Shown piece by piece: positions 19,294 to 30,800 of a stretch of DNA of 64,000 bases. The notes under the pieces were generated by a model, which had not been told where the DNA came from, ran no database searches, and was given only the letters and a program-made list of their open reading frames with translations. The position numbers and the translations under genes were made by a program. Position 1 is the first letter of the stretch, and every line of letters starts with the position of its first letter. Location of the stretch: positions 4,774,001 through 4,838,000 of the forward strand of contig CAKKNE010000002.1 in NCBI GenBank assembly GCA_918797485.1, written 5' to 3'. This DNA is from Pelagomonas calceolata. Lineage: Eukaryota.

Positions 19294-21594
19294 ATGCCCC
19301 GCCGCGACGACGAGGAGGAGAACGAGACGCGAGCGAAGCGCAAGGTCCACCCCGGCTTGATCGAGGCGGACAACGAGGAGGTGGCCATCGTGGTGCATTT
19401 CGAAACTTCCGAGCCACCGTCGAAGCTCCGGACGCCGCACGTGCGCCGGTTGCGACTGAAGACGCTCGATGAACGGTCAGATCCGGAAAAGATCGCCGAC
19501 GACGTCATGCGCAAGTGCAAATACATTCCTTCGTCCAAGCGAAGAGTCGTGGAAATGCTCGTGGCCAATCTGCAAGACCACCTCGCGAGGAATGATGATG
19601 CGAGGCAGAACGCCCAGGATGCGAGGGAGCGACGGCGACGGAAGGAGACGAACACGAGCGAGCGGGCGTCGATCGACGACGTCGATGACTATGTGGAGTT
19701 ACTTTACGAGGGTGATATCGACACGAAGATCAAAGGGACTTCTCTGGTACTGTCTCTTTGTGGCCGAGTCGGTGATTTGGAACATCTCGTACAGCATCAA
19801 ACGTTGATGGGCGCTCTCGCTCGAGTCCTGCAGGAAGACGGTAAGAAGTCGACGGAGGTCGCGTACAACGTCCTCCGCGTGTTTCTCTCGTTTTCTAATT
19901 TTGTCGAGATGCACCAGTTACTTGCCCAACATAGAGTTGGAAGCGTCTGTCTCGAGGTCGTCGCGTTCGAGACGGACCGCATCACACATCACTCAAAAGA
20001 AAGTGAGAAGAGGGAGCTGGAGCGAGCGAGACACAACGAGATGAAGGAATCATCAGATAAGGATGAAAGGCGCGCTAGACGCGCGCGACAAAGATCGGAT
20101 AAGGCGTTGTATGTGGCTCTCCACGTGTTGCTGAATTTGGGCGAGGATAGCGGTGTCGAGCACAAGATGGTCCGGCGACGATTAGTTCATCATTTAGCTT
20201 CTATCTTAACGCACGCGACGTCCGCACCTTTGTTAGTGCTGACAGCTGTATTCTTAACGCGACTCGCAAGATACGCGGAAAATAAGGACACGATGGTCAA
20301 GCTCGACGTCTCTGGTAGAGGTGCGAGATTCCTAGGCTGCGGGCATCGGGATTTAGTTGTGTCGTTACTACGGTTGTCGGCGAACTTGAGCTTCGACAAG
20401 GACGCGCGCGAGCAGATGGTCTCGCGGTCCTACGTTCCGACGCTGGTCAAATTACTCAAGGAACATCATAGATACCGGGGGCCCTCTCTGAAAGTACTGT
20501 ACCATTTGTCAGCGGACGACCGGTGTCGGGGGATGTTCGCGTACGCGGGAGCGGTTCCCATTATTTTGCAGCTGGTCCTGAAGTTCCCCCCAGATAGGTG
20601 TGTGGCTCGGGAATTAGCTGCTTTGATTTGCAATTTGACCTTGCACGCGTCCTGTGCGGAGATCCTTTGCAGTCAACAACGAGGCTTGACCGCATTAATT
20701 GATCGGATCTCGTCGACGCAAGACGCGCCACTCGCGAAAACTTTGAGGAATTTGACGCAGTGGTCTCTCATAGAACAAGAGAACAATAACCTAGATGTCT
20801 CGCAATACAAGCGGCGAGGTCTGTGGGCGCGGCACGTCGACAACATCGTGTCGTTAGCGAAAAAAGCCGATGATCGGCACGATTTACTAGTGGAAGCCTT
20901 GGGCGCCCTAGGTAATCTGACGCAATACGACTTGCCGCGAGCTACGACCTGGAAGGATTTGGTCGACGACCACGACCTGTGCGGCTTCTTAGCTCGACTG
21001 TTAACGCCGGGCTTCGCGAGGCACGACGTCGTGCTGGAGGTGGTCAATGTTGTATCAGCAATGGCCGCCGACGAAGGGGCTGGTAGTGTCGTAGCGTCGT
21101 CCGGTCTAGCTAGGGCATTGGAAGAGGTCTGGCGGGACAAAGCGGACGACGCCGAGGTCGTTCTGCAATTGCTCGTCGCCTACGGGAAGCTCTTCGCCTT
21201 CAAGAGCGTGCACGACGAGTTGCTCTACAATTCTAGGGTGTTACTAGATGTGATGGACTGCCTGGAAAATGAGAATCCCGTCATTGCTCACAGAGCGGAC
21301 GCTTGTCTAGACTTGGTCTGCGAGCACGACCGGCAGGCTGATGGAGACTTCGGTGATTTGGGTAGTCAAGTGCGCAAGAGGCGCTTCCAGTCGTTCAACA
21401 AGGCGTACCTCCAGAAGACGGAATTGTCGACAGGGGTCTATGGGAGGCGGAACTACCCGTCGCCCTCCAATAGCGATGGCGAGTCGGAGTCGGCATCGCC
21501 GACGCCCTATAAACGAGGCGAGGCCAAGTACTCGGACTCGGACTCGCAGGAGGAGAAGTACGACGACTCGGGCGAGGGCAAAGGATGGGACTAG
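19294..21594 (+). CDS. KAP3: Kinesin-associated protein 3 (kinesin-2/IFT accessory subunit)
   Basis: DDYVELLYEG...KIKGT, LMGALARVLQEDGKKS, FSNF, LSFD, LYHLS.DD, armadillo repeats, RRFQSFN; first ATG at 19294. Confidence 0.88.
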   Translation: MPRRDDEEENETRAKRKVHPGLIEADNEEVAIVVHFETSEPPSKLRTPHVRRLRLKTLDERSDPEKIADDVMRKCKYIPSSKRRVVEMLVANLQDHLARNDDARQNAQDARERRRRKETNTSERASIDDVDDYVELLYEGDIDTKIKGTSLVLSLCGRVGDLEHLVQHQTLMGALARVLQEDGKKSTEVAYNVLRVFLSFSNFVEMHQLLAQHRVGSVCLEVVAFETDRITHHSKESEKRELERARHNEMKESSDKDERRARRARQRSDKALYVALHVLLNLGEDSGVEHKMVRRRLVHHLASILTHATSAPLLVLTAVFLTRLARYAENKDTMVKLDVSGRGARFLGCGHRDLVVSLLRLSANLSFDKDAREQMVSRSYVPTLVKLLKEHHRYRGPSLKVLYHLSADDRCRGMFAYAGAVPIILQLVLKFPPDRCVARELAALICNLTLHASCAEILCSQQRGLTALIDRISSTQDAPLAKTLRNLTQWSLIEQENNNLDVSQYKRRGLWARHVDNIVSLAKKADDRHDLLVEALGALGNLTQYDLPRATTWKDLVDDHDLCGFLARLLTPGFARHDVVLEVVNVVSAMAADEGAGSVVASSGLARALEEVWRDKADDAEVVLQLLVAYGKLFAFKSVHDELLYNSRVLLDVMDCLENENPVIAHRADACLDLVCEHDRQADGDFGDLGSQVRKRRFQSFNKAYLQKTELSTGVYGRRNYPSPSNSDGESESASPTPYKRGEAKYSDSDSQEEKYDDSGEGKGWD

Positions 21595-21683
21595 ACGCGA
21601 TGGCGTAAGTTAAATACAACATATACGTTAAATAGCCGCGGCCGTGTATGTGGTGGCCGCGTCGGCGCCGTCCGGGGCGCCGC

Positions 21684-23243
21684 TCAGAGCTCGCGCTCAG
21701 CGCCGCTCGTCAGGCCCAGCCGCTCGGCGGCCTCCTCCTTGCGCTGCCTGATCAAATTGCGCCGCTTCCTATCCCGCCTTGCCCGAATTTTACTGAACTC
21801 GGGGTATTCGGTGGCCAAAGGACAGCCCAGGCAACCGTTGGTGGGACAGTTGCCGCACGCTTTACCGTTGACGCGATCACCCACACCGAACATGGGGCAA
21901 TCTTCGCACTCGTTCGACGGGCAGTTGTTGCACCGCAGCATAGAATTCGTCGAGATGTCCTGCGACTGGCCGCCTCCTTCCGCATATAAGAACCCATCAT
22001 TACCGACCAAACGAGACTTGAAATTGTACGCCGTCATCACCTCGGCCCTTTCCTGCTCCAACCTCACCAACTCGTCCCAGGGCACGAAGTGGATGCACGA
22101 CACGGGACAGGTCGAAATGGCCTCCGTAATCGTCTCTTCGTCTTCACCCTCTTGGTTGAAGACCCGAGCGCGGCCGTGGTCGTCGGTCATCTGAAATGTC
22201 GAAGGCGCGATGCCGGCGCATAATGTACAGCCGACGCACGTCGCCTCGTCGACGTACGTCATTCTAGCGGTTTCGGTTATTGGATCTCCATCTTCATCCA
22301 CCTCGATGAGCTCGTGGGACGGCACGACGCCTAACCGCTCATCATAAAATTCGATCTCCTCCTCCTCTTGTTCTTCGATGAAATCTAAGAAATCCTCGAC
22401 GTCGACGGCGGCCGTCGGCGCGTTGTCGGCGGCATCGTCGGCGTCTAGAGGCCGGCCGTCGAGGCCGATGACGCGCGGTTCATCGAGGCCCGCCTCCCCG
22501 AGCTGCTCGTCCGTGAGCGCGGACGCGAAGAGGTCCAGCGCGCGCGACGCAGATGCGTCCGGCGGCGCCTCCGAGGGCGCCTCCGACGACGCCCACTCCG
22601 TGTCCCACGAGGCCTCGGAGGGACTGCTGTCCTCCCAAGTCGTGAGCGCGTCAAGCGCGGCGTCGACGCGGCCGCCGAGCTGCGGCGTGTACGGCTCCGG
22701 GTCCGCCGCGAGCGCGTCCAGGGCCGCGTCGACGCGATCGCCGAGCGGCGGCTTATAGCTGTCGGCCGGCGCGTCCCAGGCGCCCGGCGTGGCTTCCGGC
22801 AGCGCGCCGTCGACGCGACCACCAAGCGCTGGCGTGACGCCCTCGTCCGGGCCGTCCAGCGGCAGGAACGGCGCCTCGGCGCCGGCCACGAGCGCCTCGA
22901 GCGCCACGTCGGCCGCTATCGCCTCGGCGGTGCGGACGTCGCCGTAGAACGGATGCACCGTGGTGGGCTTCTCGTACCCATCCTCTATCACATTATAATA
23001 GGTATAGGTGCCACCTTCGTCCCAGACCTCCCAGCCGCTCGGCAGGTTCTCCTGGGGGTCGGTCACGCCCGGCGGCAGCGAGTGCAATCGGTGTTGCACT
23101 CTGTGCCGCCGTCGGTCGCACGACGCGTCCCAGCGGTGCCTGCTGGACACTCTGATTGCTGGTGCAAGCCATCCATGCGCGGACGCGACGAGGTAGGCGC
23201 CGGCGAACTCGAGGAGGCGATTACGTCGCCTACCGATCTTCAT
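21684..23243 (-). CDS. Probably plastid-targeted CDJ3/4-type ferredoxin-domain protein with Cys-rich tail and no J domain
   Basis: YVDEATCVGCTLC...GRARVFNQ...AISTCPVSCIH.V; signal-like N-terminus; WW-like segment; two CxxCPxNxCxxCP motifs. Confidence 0.78.
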   Translation of the reverse strand: MKIGRRRNRLLEFAGAYLVASAHGWLAPAIRVSSRHRWDASCDRRRHRVQHRLHSLPPGVTDPQENLPSGWEVWDEGGTYTYYNVIEDGYEKPTTVHPFYGDVRTAEAIAADVALEALVAGAEAPFLPLDGPDEGVTPALGGRVDGALPEATPGAWDAPADSYKPPLGDRVDAALDALAADPEPYTPQLGGRVDAALDALTTWEDSSPSEASWDTEWASSEAPSEAPPDASASRALDLFASALTDEQLGEAGLDEPRVIGLDGRPLDADDAADNAPTAAVDVEDFLDFIEEQEEEEIEFYDERLGVVPSHELIEVDEDGDPITETARMTYVDEATCVGCTLCAGIAPSTFQMTDDHGRARVFNQEGEDEETITEAISTCPVSCIHFVPWDELVRLEQERAEVMTAYNFKSRLVGNDGFLYAEGGGQSQDISTNSMLRCNNCPSNECEDCPMFGVGDRVNGKACGNCPTNGCLGCPLATEYPEFSKIRARRDRKRRNLIRQRKEEAAERLGLTSGAEREL

Positions 23244-23399
23244 TGCACAGGCAACTCGCACGCTCAAGCCTCTATGAAGTAGAGCTTCTTCTTATCTACT
23301 CCTTTGATGCATTATGCAATCCATGGCAGCGCTTCGAGTGGCCGCGTCATCGATCTCGGGAAAAATCATACTCTAGCTTCCCCCACTAGAAAAATAGAC

Positions 23400-24425
23400 T
23401 TAGTCGTAGTACCAGTCCGCCGCCTTCCGGTGGTGTTTCCGCTCTTCGGCAGTCAGTCCCGACGACCAGCGCAGCCCGAGGTCGGGGTCCTTGGGCTCGG
23501 CCGGGTCCTCGCGAACCAGTCCCAACGAAACCTTCTGGGACTCGGCCCGCCACTTCGGGGGCGGGCCCGTGCCCGTTTGACGTAGCCGTCGCAAGACACC
23601 ACTCTTGGACCCGCACCGGCCGCCGGCCGTCCAGACGTAGCCCTCGTCCGCGTCCGATCGGTCCTTGAAGTGGTCGAAGGACGCCTGGTTCGCGGGCGTC
23701 GAGAAGACCTTGGCCTTCGACACTAATCTTGTGGGCGAGTAGGACCAGGGCTGGTCGGGCAGCGGATCTTCTCTGACAGCAGTAGCGTTCGTCTCCGACG
23801 CTTCTCTCGCAAATGCGCTCCACTCCTCCTTCCTCGTCCGACGGCGATGCGAGGATGCGGCCCTAGCTCTGTTTCTCAAGTTCTCGTCAATCAACACAGC
23901 TCTACTTTTCTCGGACCGCTTCCACGCTCGATCGGCCGCCAGAGCCGCCTTCTGCGAAGACATCACTCGGCTCTGGACATGTCTACCATACTTCCTCTGT
24001 CTCGTCGTCGCATACTCGGACTGCGCATGGTAGGTCACCTGAAAGTCGTCATTCTTCAGAACTTTGCGCAAGGTCGCGATCGCCGCCCTTAGTGCGCGCA
24101 TGTCCTCCAACATAGGAAACCGGGCGTGACTCTTCTCGCACGTCGACCAGATGTCCTCTTCACTGGACGTGGGAGCCAGAGAGCCTTCAAGGGCCTTTTC
24201 CAACTCATTAAGTATCTTCTGGCCCTCTTCAGCATTATTGACGCACCTCGCCTTATGCAATAATTGGTCGATCTTCTTCCGGCGCTGCGCCTCGCGCCGC
24301 TTCTCCTCAATAACATTGTAGTTGGCCCAGCCGATCGCTCGGCCCTTGCGCAACTTGTAGTCCGCGCTTTGTTCGCAAAAAACGGGCACGCGGCGCTTGC
24401 CGTCGCCTCCGTAATACCGCGGCAT
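23400..24425 (-). CDS. Hypothetical basic protein (likely start MPRYYGG at 24425)
   Basis: Long ORF with coiled-coil-like composition; no family recognised. Confidence 0.55.
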   Translation of the reverse strand: MPRYYGGDGKRRVPVFCEQSADYKLRKGRAIGWANYNVIEEKRREAQRRKKIDQLLHKARCVNNAEEGQKILNELEKALEGSLAPTSSEEDIWSTCEKSHARFPMLEDMRALRAAIATLRKVLKNDDFQVTYHAQSEYATTRQRKYGRHVQSRVMSSQKAALAADRAWKRSEKSRAVLIDENLRNRARAASSHRRRTRKEEWSAFAREASETNATAVREDPLPDQPWSYSPTRLVSKAKVFSTPANQASFDHFKDRSDADEGYVWTAGGRCGSKSGVLRRLRQTGTGPPPKWRAESQKVSLGLVREDPAEPKDPDLGLRWSSGLTAEERKHHRKAADWYYD

Positions 24426-24883
24426 GGCTGGAGCGCTGCGACGGCGTCTTCTGGGTAGCCCTGAGGTGCTGAGTGAAGCCGCAACGCGCCGATGGCGTCT
24501 CCGGGGCAGCCCTGAGGAGGTGCTGAGTGGGCAGCTCTGCTGCAATCGAGAGCGTGTCCCGGTGAAGCGCGGGGTCAGACAGCGTGAGCCGAGAGGCTCC
24601 TCCCTCGCGAGGAGCTTCGGTGCGGCGCGGAGAGCGGCGGACTCGCACTCGGCGCTGCAGCAGAGGCAAAGCTCACAGCGCATTTTCCGGCGAGGGCTGG
24701 CACGAGCCGGTCCGACGCGTGCGCGCGCGGCACGGATCCACCGAGGAGCTTGTGCGTTCCGTGCGGGGTAATACCGTGCGGGGCAGGTTTCATTGTTGTG
24801 GCAGCAGACTTGGAGCGCGCATATTGGGAGCGGGGCAGCCGCAATCATGCTTCAGATACACCGAACGACGTAGTTTGACGACC

Positions 24884-27800
24884 ATGCGCCGCGTCTGGGG
24901 CCATTTCCGCCGGGGCAGCGACGAGGAGCTGCCCTCCTTCGAGGAGGCGGTAGCCGCCGACGCGCGGCTCCGCGGCGCTGCTCGATTGGCGGTCCTCGAC
25001 GCATCGCGCCTCCAGCGTCGCTCAGCGCGCGCGTTTCGGAGCTGGAACGCGCATACGGTCTCTCTGATTGTCTCCGACGCCCGGGAGAAGCAGTACGCGG
25101 CCCAACTGCGAGCCAAGGACGGCGAGAACGCCCAGAAGATCTCCGAGGCGCTCTCCGAGGCCTACGCGGGCCACGCCGCCGAGCTCGCGGCGCAGGCGCG
25201 AGAGCACGAGGAGTCCAAACAACTCGCGCTCGCGGGCCAGCGCGCGTCCTTTGAGGGGAAGACACCCACTAAGAAGAAGAAGACGCCCGGCAAGGGCCAA
25301 CACTCTGATAAACTCGTGGAGAAGGCCTTCGCCGACCGCCAGAGCCGCCACGACGACGCCATTAAAAGTTTGAGACGGTCCCACGACGCGAAATTGGTAG
25401 CGCTGAAGGCGTCGCACGCCAAAGAACTCACGATGGTCAAGACGGCTATCTCATTGGAGAAGGATCAAGAAAGGGTTACTGCGGTCAACGATGCTTTAAG
25501 AGCGGCAGAAAAGATACATACGGAACGGATGAAGGAGCGCGCGTTTGTCATTGAAGGTAGGACGCCGTGCAAGACGCCTGGTAGAGAACGTGCGGCGCGG
25601 GCAACCGCCGATGACGTCTCGCCGGAGACGCTGGCCCAGCGCGCGGCGCCGGGCGCGGCACGCAGTGCGGATTTACGAGCTTTGTGTTTGGTCCTGAACG
25701 CGAAGGCGCGCCACCGGTCACATGCAACTATGGCGTCCCGCTTCGCGGCGTGGGGCCACGCTACAAAAACGACGACGCAGAAGGCGAGGGCCGCGCGCTT
25801 GTTGAGGGCGATGACGGACCGCATCATAACACAAGTAATGCAACGACGGGCCTGGCGGCTCTGGCGCGACATACTCATAGCGAAGCGCGTCTTCGTGGAA
25901 GCGGAAGTGCGGCAACGGGAAATTGGTGAAGAAAACGAAGCGAGGTTGCGGTTGCTGCGCGTGGACTACGACCAGCTGACGGCCGAGCGGCAGCACGATT
26001 TAGATAACGACCTGCAGGGCGTGTCGGAGAACGTCGAGCGGAACCAGATCGAGCGCTTCAGCAAAGAACTCGAGACGCAGAAAGCGAAGCTGGTCCGGCA
26101 GAATTCGCAACATGCGCACGAGCTCCAGACGACGCAGTCCAAATTACTCGAGCGAGCCAACGAGGCCGTGGTGAAAGCTGTTAGACAGAGAGAGCAGGAG
26201 CTCGAGGCGGCCCACGCGTTGGTGCTGCACGACCTGAACAAGCAGTGGCGGTCGAAAATGGCGGCGTTGGTCGACAAGCAGCAGGGCGACGTCGATTACT
26301 TGCGCGTGTCGTGTACGACGGAATTAGAAAGCGCCGTCGATTCGCTGAAGTTCGAGCACGAGCGCGAGCTGAGTGCTCGGCGGAAGGCCCAAGCTTCTCA
26401 ACTCGAGGCTGAGAGGGGCGTGCGGGACGCCGCGTTGGCTGCGATTTCTGATGCGCAGACGGCCGCGAGGAAAGCCAGGGCGGCGCGGCTACTGTGCATG
26501 GCATTTGCGCGGTGGGCGTCGCAGTCCGTCGGGGGTGCCTTTGTCTTCTGGCGCGGCGTGACCCGCACCATCTTCCTCGTCGAAGATCAGCGGGCCCGCG
26601 CTTCGCGCCTGTTCGGTCTAGCTTTACAGAGATGGGCCCTGAAGTCGCAGGCGTGCGCGTTCGTCTGCTGGCGGTCGACGACGTCCGAACTTTTGCTGAT
26701 CGACGACGCGCGCCGACGGGCGACCCGACTACTAGCTCAGTCACTGCAACGACTGATGCGGCAGTCCGAAGGCGGCGCGTTCGTTTGGTGGCGTCGCGTG
26801 ACTGCCGAGGCGCGCGCCAGCGAGGAGGCGCGCGCACATGCTGCAAACCTATTTGGCCTGGCGCTGCAGCGGTGCATGAGACAGTCAGTACAAGGGTCGT
26901 ATCTCTGGTGGTCCACGACCACAAGGGACGCGAGGCGTCTCGAAGAGCGCCGGGCACTGGCGATGAAGCTTTTCTCGGAAGCTTTACAGCGTTGCATGAG
27001 GCGGTCCGAAGGCGGCGCCTTCATCTGGTGGCATCGGGTGGCGTCTGAGGCGCGCGCTAGCGAGGAGGCGCGAGCGCACGCCGCCAACCTATTTGTGCAA
27101 GCGCTGACGCGCCTCGCGCACAAGCATACGGGCGGCTGTTTCATGCTGTGGCGCCGCACCCTAAGGCTGCAAGACCAATACCGCTCAGCGGCCCGGCTGT
27201 TCGGCCAGGCTCTGTGGCGGCTCGCCCGCAAGTCCGCGTCGGCGGCGTTCCTCTGGTGGCGACGATCCACTGCCATCGCGCGCGACGCCGAGGCGCAGCG
27301 CCTGCGGCTAATCGAAGCTGAACAAGCAGCGACGACGGCGAAGCAGCGCGCTGCGATAGCTCTGGAACGAGTGACTAGAAGATGGGCCAGGACGTGCGTC
27401 GACGGGTCGTTCGAGTGGTGGCACCGCTGCGCCGCGTACGCACGAGCAAGTGAAGCAGCGAAGTACCGTGCAACTTTACAGTTACAGCGCTCATTTTCGC
27501 GGTGGGCGCAGAAATCGGCCGCTGGGGCCTTTTTGTGGTGGCGGAGAGTAGTTGCCTCGCAGAAGGCGCTGGAGAGCGAGCGTCTCGCAAAGGAACGCGC
27601 GCTCGCCGCGCTCGAGCGCGTCGCGGTGCGGTACCTACGCCGGTCGGTGAGCGGATCCTTTGAAGTCTGGGACCGAGCACTGGCAATCGAGCGGCAGCGG
27701 CAACGTGGCGTTCATCTGTTCGATGTCGTACTGCGAAGGTGGGCGCGGCAATCGGTCGCGGCGGCCTTCGTTCGTTTACAGCGCGAGGCGGACATCCAGC

Positions 27801-30800
27801 GCCAGCTGCTCGCCGCGGAGATGCGCCACGCCGCCGCGCGCGATAGATACGATTCCCAAAAGGAGGCCGAGTCCGCCGAGGCGCTGCAGGCCCTCGAGGC
27901 GCGGCTCGTCAATGAATTCGCGGCGGAACGCGCGGCGTTCGAACGCGACGCCGGCGAACGCCTCGAGGCGGAGCGGGCATCGTTGATGAGCCAGCACGGC
28001 GCGGCGCTCGCCGCGCTGGCCGCGGAACGGGCGAGGAGCGAGGAACTCCTCGCCAACCAAAGCGACGCGGACGTGACCGTGCTACGGAACGAGTACGCGC
28101 TGCAGACGGACCGCACCGCGGCGGCCCACGCCTGCGCCCTCGCCGAGGCTCGTTTACTCTACGGCGACGACCTCGCGGAGCTCCAGGGGCAATTGGACGA
28201 CGCCCAGCAGGCGCTGCGCGACGCGCCCGAGCCCGTTGACAATCAAGACGAGCTGCTCGCGCTGGAGGCGGAAGCCTCAGCCCAGGTGCGGGGCATGTCC
28301 CTGAGTATGGCCGTGGTCTTCTTCTCGAACGCGCTGGAGGCACGGAGCCGGCGGCTCCTTGCGAGGGCCTTTGCGGTCCTCAAGGCCGCGGCGGCCTCGG
28401 CGTCGGCTGTAGCTCTCAGGGATATAGACCACGCCGATGCGTTGCGAGAGGTGGTGCTTGAGTCCAACAAGGCGGCGGCGCGAGTCACCGGGAGTTCGGA
28501 TCTCGCGCGCGTGCTCTGGACCTTCATGAGACGGCGCCATGTGGGTGCCTGGAATCAGTGGCGGCGCGTCGCGCTCTACCAGCGCTTCTGCAACGAGCGG
28601 GATATCCTACTGGAATCCCACACGTCCGAACTTTCTTCCCTGAAGGAAGAGTTCGCAGCGGAGCAAGAAGCAAGCAGGGATGCTGCGCAGCTTGAACTCG
28701 AGGACGCCGTGGCCCGCGCTTTGTCCGAGGGAGAGAGGGCATCACTCAAGGCGCTCGCCGACCGCGAGGCCCTCGCCGAATCTACATTGGAGGCGCGTGA
28801 GCAGGAGCTTTTGGCATATCATGGGGCCGACATGGACGCGCTCGACGCGAAGCATCAGCGCGAAATCGAGGCCGCCGTCGCGGACGCGGAGCAGCGCATG
28901 CGGGCCCAGCGCGAGGCGGCGGAGCGGGCGCTGGTAGAAACGCATCGGAGCACGCTCAAAAGTGCCCAGTCGACGTACGAGGCAGCGGTGAAGGCGGCTT
29001 TAGCCGATAAGGACCGCGCGCGTCTGCTCCAGGCGCAGAAGCAGGCCTTGCAACGGGTCCTGAGGGTGCTGCGGCGATGGCTGCGCGAGTCGCTGGCCGG
29101 CTCTTTTGTCTGGTGGCGTCGAGCGGTGACCCAATCCCTGGAGGGCCAGGACCTAACAGCAGTGCGGCTGCTGGAACGAACAGTGGCACGAATCGGTCGG
29201 CGGCACGTGGGCTTTGCTTTCGCGTCCTGGGTGCGTGTGATGAAACGCGAGGAAAGGAGACGGGCGGCCCTGCGTGCGTTCGACAGAAGTCTGAGAAGGT
29301 GGTGCCGGAGCTCCGCGACGGCCTCCTTTGTCTTCTGGCGGGGCATTACTCAAGCGGCCGCGGCCCAGGAGAGGGCAGCGCGCTTGCTTGACCAAGCGCT
29401 GAATCGCATGGCGCGGGCGTCAGAAGCAGGGGCATTTGTGTGGTGGCGCCGCGTGGCCTCTCAGGCGCGTGCCAGTGACGAAGCTCGCGTTCACGCGGCA
29501 AACTTATTCAGTCAGGCGCTGACGCGCCTCGCACACAAGCACACGGGCGGCTGCTTTATGCTGTGGCGGCACGCTTTGTTATTAGAGGACCAGCAAAAAC
29601 AGGCCGCGCGTTTCCTGGAGCATGCGATAGCACGAATGGCGCGAGGGTCCGTAGGCGGCGCCTTCGTGTGGTGGCGCCGAGTCGCGACGAACGCGACGAA
29701 TGCTCTATATGCAAAGCACCGCGCGTCGCGCGCCCTCACGCGAGTTATGAGGCGCTGGTCACGCATTTCGATGGCGGGGGCGTACCTTTGGTGGGCCCGC
29801 GCGACGCGCGACGGGAGAGCGTTAGAAGATTCCAAGCGTCTAGCGACGCAACTCTTCACGCGGGCCCTCGAGCGGCTGGCAAGGAAGTCATGGACCGCAG
29901 CATACTTATTGTGGCGGAAAAGGACGACAGACGCTAGAAATGCCGACTCCTCGCGGAGCCAGGGCGCGCTCCTGGTCACACGAGCCCTCCGCGGTGCTCG
30001 CGAGCGGCGCGCGGTCCTCCGGGCCTTTTTGAAATGGCAGGCGTTCAGCGACGCCGTCGCGCAGTATCTCTTGATCGAGGACGAGCGCGAGCGCGACCAC
30101 GACCTGGCATTGCGCAAGGCGGTCTCGGGCATGAGAACCGCGCTGCTCAAGGCATCGGCGGGGTCGGCGCTCATACGCATCACGCGGCGATCGCGATTCT
30201 TCCAAGCGTGGCGCGCGTGGAAGGCCTTGAGTGTCCAGGCTGTGGCGACGCGCCGGCTGAACCGAGTCTGCCGACGCTGGTGCCGCATGTCCATCTACGG
30301 CTCCTTTGATTGGTGGCGTCGCGTCGTCGTCGATGCGGTGGCGGCGGAGGAAGCGCAAAAACGGGCAGCGCGCTTGTTTGGTGCGGCGTTGCAGCGGTGG
30401 AGTGTCAAGTCGCGGAGTGGCGCCTTTGCCTACTGGAGAATAGTTGCCACGGAAGCTCGAGATGCAGATGAGCTCCATGGTCGCTCGGTACGCTTGCTAG
30501 ACCAAGCTTTGTCGCGAATCGCTCGCAAATCGGTGGCGGGCGCGCTGCTGTACTGGCGACGCACTATCGAGCTTGAGAATCAAAGGCAGGACGCCCTGAT
30601 TGCCTTCGGTCGCGTGATGAGGCGGTGGCTCCGGAGCTCGCTGGCTGCCTCGTGGGTGTACTGGCGTCGCGTTGTTGCGGACCAGAGCACGTTAGACGAT
30701 ATGCGGCACCACGCGGCGGTGTTGTTTGAGCAGGCGCTGTGCCGACTGGCCCGTACATCACGAGGCGCGGCGTTTGCATGGTGGGCGCGGATTGCGAGAG

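Noticed and set aside
24440..24530. ~36-bp imperfect direct repeat upstream of the 24425 start
   Set aside because: Local duplication with no TIR or other supporting structure.
24584..24883. N-terminal extension of the 2918-aa ORF (similar for ORFs starting 19162, 36461, 41724, 57817)
   Set aside because: These start at GTG/TTG or overlap divergent genes; downstream ATGs fit a eukaryotic start better.
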